From Selaginella moellendorffii (taxonomy: Eukaryota; Plantae; Lycopodiophyta), in contig NW_003314431.1 of assembly GCF_000143415.4 (NCBI RefSeq), forward strand, positions 108,753 to 172,752: a DNA stretch of 64,000 bases, written 5' to 3'. Positions 46,415 to 57,189 of the stretch are shown here, one piece after another. Numbering within the stretch: position 1 is the stretch's first letter; the number at the start of each line of letters is the position of its first letter. Under the pieces are notes generated by a model. That model was not told the DNA's origin. It worked only from the letters and a program-made list of their open reading frames with translations, and searched no databases. The position numbers and the translations under genes were made by a program.

Positions 46415-47022
46415 TGTATGTAATTAAAGAAAATAATTTGAAAGATACAGGGAAAGGGTTTATGAATAAAAGTGCACCTCCTTTTTTAATTAGTTAAGGG
46501 TCTTGAGATACTTGGGGTTAAATATCTTTGAATTTGAATAGTATTAAGTTGGGTGACTTCTCAGGAAGTTCAAATTCAAAAGTTTACATTTGGTATTAAA
46601 ACAATTTCAAGTTTAACTTTAGTTCTTGGTTAGAAGAATTATACCATATGTTGAAATTGATATCTGGCAAGTCTAATTTGCCTCCAGTTAGGCTCAACTT
46701 AAGAAGTAGAGTGTCAAAAGAGTAGAGCTTTGAAGAAACTTGCAACTTTTAGCTTCCATTCACAAAGATGTGTAAGAAAATGTTTTAAATTATAAACAAC
46801 CAAAGAGAATAACTTGAGAAAAAATTCATAAAAGTTTAAATATAAAGGGAAAGGGCCTATGAACAAGAGTGCACCTCTTTTTTTAATATGTTAAGGTCTT
46901 GAGATATTTAAGGTTAAACATTTTTGGGTTTAAATAATATTGAGTTGGATGACTTCCTATGAAGTTTAATTTCAAAAATTTACATTTGGTATCAAAATGG
47001 TATCAAGTTTAACTCTATTGGT
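46415..47022 (+). mobile_element. Decayed tandem Cassandra-type TRIM array (LTR-internal-LTR-start of second internal)
   Basis: Two LTR relics (~46415-46588 and ~46791-46984), each followed by TT-TGGTAT(T/C)AAAA, a PBS relic. Confidence 0.85.
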
Positions 47023-47479
47023 CATTTTAGAAACTATTATTTAAAGACAAAAGTAAAGAGCACTTTTTTTTTTTTGAGACAAGTAGTATACTATATAACA
47101 ATAGTATCTCGATTATGTTTTTCCTTTTGTTTGTTATGTGTATAAATTAATTAGATTTTAGCAAATTTGATTACTTAAGTATTGTGATGTTTAGTAGCTG
47201 AGGAACTGTGTTTTACTAATAATGTGAATGTTTTAATAAAATTTAATTAAGTTTTAGCTTTTTTATGAATTATTAAAAATCCCATTTAATTTATAATAAA
47301 AGTAAGTACATATTATTTATATTTTTTTAATAAAAAAACTCAATAAATTATAATTTACATACTTAAAACAACCTTCAAATGACCAATTATTTTATCCATA
47401 ATTACCTTTTGTTACATATTTGCTAAACCCAAAAAAATTATAAATTGATATAACTCCTTATCTACAGTAAAACATGAAG

Positions 47480-48290
47480 TTTATATAATAGGATTTGGAT
47501 GTTAAGGCCAAGGCAGTATTGGTCAGATATACGAAGTAAACTAAATTGGAAAGGAAAAATTTGTGGCTTACAGCCCTTTTGTCTTCAAAATGTCTACATG
47601 GGTAGATCTTTGGTGTAGATCTTCTCTCCTGAATGGACATGTTTGGGTCCAGTGACCTTGCAAATGCATGGGTACATTTTGACCATATGGAGCTTATGTG
47701 TATGATCCAAGGTAATTTTTATTCTTATTATATTGAAATTGTTGTAATATTTGTGTTTTCACAGGCTACATTGTAACTTGACAATTGTGACAATAGAGTT
47801 TAAAGTAAAAAACCAGATAGCCCAGGAAATAATTTGGAAGTCCCTCTCTGATATTATCCTAAAGCAGATTGGTAAGCCTATAGACTTTCATGGTTTCATG
47901 GCAGATAGGGCTAGTGCAAACTGAAATAGTGTCAAAGTAGGTTTTGGGAATGGTCCATCATTGGAAAGTCTTGAAAGGACTTATGAGTTCTATTTGGCTC
48001 AAAGCCTAAAAGAGCATTGCCATCTTATCAAGCTAGAGTTTCAATCAGTGTTTAAGGAGTTGTACAAACAATGGCAGGTTGCACCTTCTAAAGAAGAGTA
48101 TGAGGTAAAAGCAAATAAGATCCAAATGTGGTGGCCAATATCTATTGGTGATATAAAGATTGTTCACTCAAAGTGTCATTTTTCCTTTGTTGATGAAGAT
48201 GTTGGCATGGACCTTGGAGTAAAAAGCTCTCACAAGCTTGATGTTGAGTATCATTTTACACCAAGACACTACTTTTAGACCGAGTTGCCT
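47480..48290 (+). mobile_element. Degenerate Mutator-like (MULE) transposase fragment
   Basis: WVHFDH and FHGFMADRASAN*NSVKVGFGNG...YEFYLAQSL resemble the MULE D...A..NAV..VF...CxFHxxQ signature. It contains stop codons. Confidence 0.65.
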
Positions 48291-48632
48291 CAAGTGGTTA
48301 ATGAAGAGAGTGTATCACAACATGTTAAAATCATTTACCATAGTGTAAAGTTGAAACAATGGGCAATCTGATACATGCCAGCAAAATCGAATGTAAAGTG
48401 TGCGGGGATGCTTTTGAAGGGCAAATGTTAGGCTTGGATTCTGATGATAAATCTGCTTCTGTTCTAGCCCCATGTTTCTATGAGGAACAAAAACAAGCAT
48501 AATTTTCGAGATGGTGCTGGCTATATTGTTACAACACCAATGCCAACCATATGAAGTGGCTGGAAGATACTATAATGACTAAACCTGATGTAGTACTTAA
48601 AGAATGGCGAGTTGTTAATGGGGTCGCTATCG

Positions 48633-49135
48633 CTAATGTGACTTCAGGTATTGAAAGTTACTTGTCAGCTAATCCTTTTGGATATTCTCTCCTTATTGCC
48701 ACGATGGCAGGAGGTTAGTATTGCTGGATCCTTTATTAGTCTTTGCCTAAGCTAGTTAAGAAATTGGTCCTTGCGTGTGCATTTGACCAGATGAACATAA
48801 GGACGAAATTCCTAAGTGCTATTAGTCAAGTATACTTGATTTGGTTAAAGAAACTCATTTATTGACTTGCACTTGCTAAGTGTTAGAAACCCCCACGATA
48901 TTGAGATTGGTCCCTCAATATTCGCAAGATGATAGTTTACCATGTCTGCCAAACACACTAGCTATCATGCCTTTTGTGTTAGTCTCATTTTGGTCCCAAA
49001 TGCTATTTATGGAAAGTGTTTAGATTTGTTTATTTGGCACATCTATAGAATGTAAAAATTGTTTTGAATACAATGGTGTTCGTCCCATGTCCAAATTTGC
49101 AATCTAGGAACATTCCATATTTAGTAAGTTTTGAG
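48633..49135 (+). repeat. Second copy of the ~500-bp repeat (inverted partner of 38530-39030)
   Basis: Colinear reverse-complement match to 38530-39030. Confidence 0.85.
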
Positions 49136-50138
49136 CTATAAAAATCCATAGTGAAATATAATTGAAATTTAAATAGAGCAATAACAAGAATATCAACAAC
49201 GTACAAAATAAATTTAAATTCTATAGCAAATTAAACATGTGTAAGTGTGACAGTATTAATATTATTGTCATCTATTATAATATCTGATGCATATATACAC
49301 ATAGATCCAAGGAAGGATTTTCAGTACGTGAAGTTTGATACCTAATAATGATATCAATAATGACATTTTGTTATAGTGTGTCAATCCAAAAGATCCAATC
49401 TAACTGTCAGCACGTGTGATGTGTTAAGTTGTCAAATTTTAAGTGGTAGATAATAATAAATTTTGTCAAATCTTATTCTTCAATAACATATTTGATTTAT
49501 GGTACAACTCAAGTTTTATCCATAATTGTGAACACTACTCAATGACATTTAAAGCATGTACCTATTGTCTAAGATCTAATACAACACAAAATAAATTTCT
49601 GGATGAGGATTCATCCATTTTTAGATGGATATAGTACAACATATTTTAACGTGCCTTATTTATACTCTTTAAATCTCTTGTAACAATTCCAAAATATGTA
49701 TAAAATATTGATGAGAATGCATCCTTTCTAGATAATTTGTAAAAAATAATATCATATCTCTAATAACAAAAACGTTGATAGGTGCTAGTTATATCATCAT
49801 TAAAATATACAAAATAAAGAACCATAATTCACATATAATAATAATGATAAGATAAAATAAGATCAAAGATATTGTGATGGTTGAGATTTAGGTTATTTGG
49901 AATGAATGGCCAGGATGAGAGATTGGTTAGGGTTAGGGCAGCCATCAGGATTAGGGTTAGGGTAGCTGCCAGTGCATGAGAGATCAAGGGATTGTGCACG
50001 AAAGAAATCAAGGAATTGAGCATGCAAGAGATCAAGGGATTGAGTGTGGAGTGTGCAAATGCAAGAGATTGAGAGTGCAAGTGGGAGAGATTGAGTGTGG
50101 GAGAGTGCAGGAGATGGAGCACACTAGTGTGGACACGA

Positions 50139-53100
50139 TGTAAGGAATCGACTCCCCAAGGTGTCGTAAAAGGATCTCGAAAGCACATCTGAAATGATAA
50201 AGAGTTCATCGGATGGGACTGAGTCTGAAATCAAGTCCAAGACCGACTTTGAGACCGAGTTCGAGACAGAGTCCGGGATCGAGTCCGAGGCCGACTCCGA
50301 GACCGAGTTCAAGACCAAGTCCGAAACCACGTTCGAGACCGAGTCTAAAACCAAGTTCGAGACCGAGTCCGAAATTGAGTTTGAGACCGAGTCCGAGATC
50401 CAAAATCGGGTTTGAGACCGAGTCCGAGGTTGAGTCCAAGATAGAGTTTGAGATCGGGTCTGAGACCGAGTCCGAGGTCGAGTCCAAGATCGAGTCCGAG
50501 ATTGAGTCTGAGACCGAGTCCGAATACTTATATAGGTAGAGTGGACAAAGCCCAAAGTGTGTGTCTCTTTTGTATGAGGACTCCAGTGAGGAAATTTCCA
50601 AACAGGAGTTCGGTGGTAAGGTTCAGTTGTCCAAGGCTCGATTGGACGTTTTAGAAGGACAACTGGCACAAACTAATGCGCTGCTGGAGACTCTCATATG
50701 TAAGCTAAAGCGTGACGAATAGTGGAAGAAAAAGTGAAGGACTGCAGATGTTGGTAGCGCAATGCAAAAGGTGTGGACACTTCGGCATGGACTAAGGCGG
50801 AACCAAACAAGGTTAAACAGACCGAAGTGGAATCAGTCTTTCAAGTAGTTCCTAAGTACAAACCAAAGCCCCCACCGGTCTTCAAGGGAGTGAATGACTA
50901 TAAGGTGGTAGAGGATTGGTTTTACAATATAGAGGACTACTTCCAAGCATTGCGGTTACTGAGCTCAGAAAAGGTCCCATGTGCAAAACCATACTTGGAA
51001 AATAATGCCAAGTCTTGGTGGAGAACGACAAAAGCCAACAAACAAGAAGGACCAGTGGCCACTTGGGAAATGATAAAGGTGAGGATTCGTGTGACCTATA
51101 TTCTTTTGAATGCTACTTTGCACCTAAGGGATGAGCAGACCGGAACCATTCAAGAGTATATGAATGGGTTTATGGCAAAGAGGATACTTGTCATGGATAT
51201 GGGTGACATGGATGCATTCCATGCCTTCATATCAGACTTGCAAACCTCGGCTCGCGGCAAGGTGATGTGTTGGCACCCAACCAACTACAAGGAAGCATTA
51301 GATGCAGCTATCAAGGTGCATTTCAATGATAACCTATGAAAGGGGAACACGTCAAGGTCGGGGTCTACGTTTATCAAAAGGGCCAAACCAAGGGGGACAT
51401 ATGGCAAAGGGAAATTCAAGAAGAGTTTCTTTAAGAATGAGTCCTCGGGGTTTAAGAAAGGCAAATCCGGTGGCCAGTGAGCAAGTACGTGAGGGAGTCA
51501 AGTGAAAAGAGACAGACCCATGGATAAAAAGGTCAAATTTGCTAGTAGTGTGGGAAGCAACATATGCTTCAACTTTGGTGAAGCAAGAAACTTTTCAAGG
51601 GAATGTCTCTACTTGAAGAATGCCAAAGCAAATATAACCATTAAATTAAGTGAAATCCAAACTGAGGTATGTGATCTAGTCCCTAACTCAAAGTTACTCA
51701 TTACAAAAACAACTTTGGTAAAGAGTCATTTGCGACATCTACTAACCCTTTGAGGGAAGCTCGGAAATAGCTTTGTTAAGATCCTTATTAACATGGGTGT
51801 TTCGGATAATTTTGTGGCTATAGACATAGTTCAGCAAGCCGGACTAACAGTGCAATGGCTGGGTGAACCAAGGACAATAGAGTTTGTTCAAGGTAGCTAA
51901 AGCACCGATGAGGTATTTCGACAAGCAAGAGTCAAAGTAGGGATATGGAAAGTAGATATGGATTTTACTGTGTTGGACATGGTGGGATTTGACGTAATCT
52001 TCAAGATGGATTAATTCAATCAATTCATGGTAGCCCTGTATGGACAAGGTAGGAACCTTGTGGTACTGGTGAATGCCTGAGGAGAATGATCTAAGGTGGA
52101 GGCCCAAGATCTAAAGGTAGGGCAATGTAAGGCCAAAGACTCCTGCTTGAACTTGGTATCCACGAAAGGACAACTCACTAAAGGAACCAAGGTAGCATTT
52201 TTGTGCTTACTCTTGGTGAAGAGTGACAAAAAGATGGGAACAAAAAAAGTGTGATTAGTAATCTAATGGGTGTTAGACAAATTCCAAGATAATATGCTGG
52301 AGGAGCTACTGACGGGGTTACCCCTCGAATGACCGATAGAACATAAGATCGAGCTAGTCGAGGGTGCTAAGGCGGTGGTTTGTCCCCTCTATCAGTTGAA
52401 CGAAAAGGAACTCAAGGAGCTCAAACACTAACTTAAGGAGTTGGTGGATAAAGGGTATGTTAGGTTGAGCAAGTCATTGTATGGTGCACCGGTGTTATTT
52501 TTGAAAAAGAAAGATGGATCTATGCACATATGCATAGATTACCGATTGCTCAACAAGTATATGAAGAAGAACAAGTACCCTTTACTAGGGATTGAGGACC
52601 TATTTGATAGGTTGGGAAAAAAAAAAAACTTCTCGAGGATCAACCTAAGTTCAGGATATTACTAGATTAGGGTAGTATAGGAAAATGTTGAGAAGACAAC
52701 CTATCAGACAAGATATGGGATCTTTGAGTTTCTGGTGATGCCCTTTGGGCTGTGCAATGCACCGCAACGTTTTCGCTGTTAATGAACCACATTTTTGTAC
52801 CCTATTTGGATCACTTCGTGGTCGTCTATATTGACGACATCCTGATCTATAGCGAGACGCTAGAGGAGAATGCCAAACACTTGGCAAAGGTGTTTGAGAA
52901 ACTAAAGGATCACAAATTATATGCTAAAGAGAGCAAATGTGATTTTGCTCAACAAGAGGTAAAGTTTCTCAGGCATGTAGTAGGCAAGGACGGGCTCAAT
53001 GTGGACCTTAAGAAGGTTCAAACAATTTAGGAATGGGAGCGACCATTGAATGTACAAGAGTTGAGGGCGTTTTTGGGGCTATGCAACTACTACCAAAAGT

Positions 53101-55681
53101 TTATCAAACATTATTTGAAAGTAACTTTGCTCTTAACAGACCAAACGGGAAAAGGGAAGATGGTATGGACAACAGAATGCGAGGTGGCATTTGTCCACCT
53201 CAAAGGGAAGTTGAGGAAGACTCCCATGTTGGTGTTACCAGACTTTCGTAAGGACTTCAAGGTAGAAACAAACGCTTCAAACTTTGCATTAGGTGCAGTT
53301 TTGAAGCAGATATAAACCTAGGAAGAGCAACATCGTGGCAGATGCTGTAAGTCAAAAAGCGAGCTTGAAGTTGGCAATATTTAGTGCGATAGCAATCATT
53401 TGGGATGATGTGCGGACAGCATATGAGAACGATAGTCTAGCACAAGAAGTGTTGCTGAGGAACCAAGAGGCATGAGAAGCTCACCAGAGAGGTGAACTAC
53501 CAATGGAAGAGAAAACAGGTTATGTAGAATGCAATGGACTCATCTATTATAAACAACCGAGGGTGTATATTCCAGAAGGGGAACTAAGGAAGGTAGCCTT
53601 AAAAAAGTGTCATGATAGACCTCTTGCGGGACACGGTGAAGTGCCTAAAACGACAGGCTTACTCAAGAGGAAGTACCACTGGCTAGATATGGTTAAGGAT
53701 GTCCAAGACTATGTAAAGACATGTCTAACATGTTAGCAAGTCAAAGTCATGACTAAGACTAGTGGTTGCTTGTTACAAAGCATCCCAATTCCAGATTGTC
53801 CGTGGAAATGTCTTACGATGGACTTCATCATGGAACTCCCCCCAAATGAGGGGTTTGATGCGATATTCATAGTGGTGGACTGATTGTTGAAGATGGCACA
53901 TTTCATACCCACCACAACAGAAGTGGATGTGGAAGGTGTGGCAAAGCTGTTCTTCGAACAAATGGTTCGAGTCCAGGGAAGGCCAGAAGAGATTATCTCA
54001 GATCGAGATAAAATCTTCATCAATAGGTTCTGGAGAACTCTCCTAGAACAGTATCGCACCAAGTTGAAATTTAACACAACTTATCAACCACAAACAAGTA
54101 TTGGGTATTAAGTCAAGTTCAATGGCACTAACACTTCTTGACACACGAATAATTGGAAAGGGTAAATAGGCAGCTAAAGGATTATTTGCGATGCTATATC
54201 TCTAGAGATCAGATTGATTGGGTAAGTCATTTGGGACTTGCAGAAATATGCTATAACAACTCACCACACTCAAGTATCAGGGTGAGTCCATGGGAAGTCA
54301 TCAATGGGCGAGTTATTGAGGGTCCTATGAAACATGACATGGCTGAGTATCATGGAGAGTTACCTGCAATGAAGGCATTCACGACAGAAAGACTCAATAT
54401 TTAGAATCTAGTGAGGGATTCTTTAGAACGGGCTCAATAAAGGCAAACTAAGTATGTGAACCAAAAGCACCAGGATGTAGAGTTCCAACCTAGGGAGAAG
54501 GTGTGGCTGAACACCAAGAACCTAAAACTACCAAGTGGGATTAGTTGAAATTTGACCCAAAGGTAAAAATGTATATATTCCTGGAAATGAACTAAGTTCC
54601 TTAAGTAGGTTTATAGGGCCTTACGAGATTGAGGCACGAATTGGTAAGGTGGCTTATTGCCTCCGACTTCCTTGAGAGATGAGGAAGATGCATTCTGTTT
54701 TCCATGTGAACTTACTCAAGCCGTACTTTGAAGATCCGCTTCGTAAGGACCAAGTAAGACTTTTACCTGAGGTTATCCAAGGGGAAGAGGAATATGAAGT
54801 CGAGGCCATGCGCACAAGAGTAAGCGACAAGGATGTGAGGTGAGGGAGTTCCATATGCAATAAAAAGGATTTCCACACTACGAAGCAACATGGGAATCGA
54901 AGGAGAACCTAACGAACACAGGGGATCTAGTGGATGAATTTCTACAAGGTAGAACTTTATATATTTATGCAAAGTTCAATTAAAGAATTTATTTTGAGAA
55001 ATTGAGCAATGTTATATGTTGGGACCCGAAGATGTGCCGAAGGTAAACTAATTAGCATGGGTTAGCAAAGTTGATCAGGTGTAGAGAATTACACCCGACT
55101 CCCCATGGGGATGTTGAATCCGTAAATGTATTATATGGAGGTTGGGTTCGAGTCCCAACCCCATACTAAAGCGTGGTGAGGTGATGGGTGTAGGAACACC
55201 TATATTCCGTTGTCATGGGCTCTTGGTTGGGGAGGCTAACCTAGGCACACTGCTAAGTGGGGGGATGGCCCTAGAAACATGGTCAACAAGTCGTAGTATT
55301 AAAAAGAGATGTTTGATGTGGGCATCGAACTTCTTCTATGGGTGATGGAGTTGTAAGGAACCAACTCCCTGAGGTGTTGTAGGCTAATGGATCGTTGAAG
55401 ACATGACCGAAGTGATAAAGAATTCATCAGATGGGACCGAGTCTGAGATCGAGTCCAAGACCGACTCTGAGACCGAGTTCAAGATAGAGTCCGGGATCGA
55501 GCCCAAGGTTGTAGCGTATGTGATCATGGGATGAGATTTGGATATACTGTCACCGTAGATCCTTGGAACTTTGGGGGATAAATGGGGATAAATGGGGATA
55601 AAATAGCCACTAAGGGCTCTCTCATCAAGCAATTGCCCCTTTTCCAGTTGGCTTAAGGGGAGAGAGATAGGGTGCATTACA
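50139..55681 (+). mobile_element. Decayed Ty3/gypsy chromovirus-type LTR retrotransposon
   Basis: Domain order is gag (50773-51339), zinc-knuckle relic, protease relic, RT ([24 protein letters not shown]), RNase H start (VETNASNFALGAVL), integrase (H..GH..C..C, MDF, ISDRD, ERVNR, GPY) and chromodomain (EEYEVEA...EATWESKENL). Related LTR sequences start TGTAAGGAA at 50139 and 55352. There are many stops and frameshifts. Confidence 0.93.
50215..50522 (+). repeat. Tandem array of ~12-bp GAGACCGAGTCC-type units inside the left LTR
   Basis: Visible 6/12-nt periodicity over ~300 nt. A much shorter run lies at ~55434-55505 in the right LTR. Confidence 0.9.
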
Positions 55682-55683
55682 GT

Positions 55684-55695
55684 TGGTATCGGAGC
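55684..55695 (+). other. Primer-binding site (tRNA-Met type) downstream of the right LTR
   Basis: ...TTACA-GT-TGGTATCGGAGC. Confidence 0.8.
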
Positions 55696-56785
55696 AAATG
55701 GCATGGGTTTGATTCCCATTAATTAGTGGCTACTTAAAAAAGTATAATATACCCTTGAGCAAAGTATATTCCTACCCCTAAAATTTGAAATCGTACGTAT
55801 TGGGCATCCATGCGTACGTCCTTCCTCTTGTGTGGAGTATCCATAGATGAAGGTATCCACCGTGGGACTATGGTACAGGTGGCACTGCAGGGGGTTCCAA
55901 AAGTATATGAGGTATAGTGAGGTCTAGGAAACAGTCTTGAAGGAACTCTCTAGTGGTGCTTCCAAACTGACTTAAAGTTGAGATTGGGGCCAAGGGGCCT
56001 TGGGTGGGAGTGAGCATGAACTCAGGTGGTGCAGAAGGGACCACCCAAGGAAGTGCTCAAAAGTAGTTTCCACTCCTAGAAAGGAAACCGACTGCAATGC
56101 TCCTGACTCATGTGGAGTGGTGTCCCACTTGAGTACCTTGTGGCTCATTAGTCCTCGCCCTTCCTAGGGGCTTGGGCCTTCCCTTTAGGATGAAAGTGGG
56201 GGAGTAGGGGTACCCATACCGGGCCGTTAGGCCGCAGTGTTTCCCCCAGCATCCCGAAGCAAGTGTTGCACCCAAGGCTGGGGATTTAGAGGGTCCCATG
56301 ATCAAGTCTTGTTGTATTAAGGGATGTTAGAAACCTAAAGGCTTGGGGTGCTTAGTTGCTTATGCTTGCCGGGAGTGTAGCCGAACCTTAAGTCTAGTCT
56401 AACCTGGGGAGGGGGATTTGGAGAGATTGGGAATTCGTGGATGGATGGCTAACACTCCGTTACTCATACAGTGAGTAAATGAAACCAAGTAAAACCAAGT
56501 AGGAGCTAGTACAATAGGTGGAAACCTTGACGAGGAAATTTAGCTAAGGCCAAGTCAGTGTTGGTTGGATAAATGGGGTAAGCTGGCAAATTGGAAAGAA
56601 AAAATTTATGGCTTACACATGAGTTGAGATTAAAAGTGAGAGAGTGAGAGAGTGCAAGAAATCAAACACAATCAAGAGACCGGGAAAGAAAGATGCCACC
56701 AAGGGTGAGTTTCAATTTGATTCCTTTCACTTCCATGTTTTTTCTTCTTGCTTCTGTCACTTTTTGTTGTCGGCCCAAGCTCGAT

Positions 56786-56957
56786 CTTGGGCAATTTGGC
56801 TGCCCGAGGGGCTGATGTTATTTGAATAACCTCAGCCCCTCGGGCGGCCAAAGTGCCTGAGGTGGCCCACTTGAATTCGATCTTAGGCACTTTGGCTACT
56901 AAGGGGGTTGAGGTTATTTGAATAACCTCGGCCCCCTTGGTAGCCAAAGTGCCCAAG
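56786..56957. repeat. Two tandem ~76-bp near-perfect palindromes (period 96 bp)
   Basis: 56786-56861 and 56882-56957, each centred on GTTATT-TG-AATAAC. Confidence 0.95.
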
Positions 56958-57189
56958 GTGGAGTTTAGGCCCATTTAATTTTTTTTTTCTTTCTTTGACA
57001 ATTTAAATTTCTTATTATCTTTATTTAGTTTGGCTAACAAATTTTTTTCTCTTATAGAGAAAAAAAATTGTACCACATAAAAAAGTTGGAGCTAAGAAGA
57101 CACGAGAAGTTCAATTTAACACTGACAACGACGACGATGACCACCACCACCACCACCACTTCTTTAACTTGTTTTGTCGTGTTTAAATG

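Noticed and set aside
49925-49965. TTAGGG repeats suggesting an interstitial telomere
   Set aside because: Only two pairs of units within a degenerate purine-rich repeat.
50124-50669. Repetitive ORFs (SDSVS/ETESE/RPSPR) and a CRISPR-like appearance
   Set aside because: These are translations of a 12-bp tandem repeat with no unique spacers and no cas genes, in a eukaryotic context.
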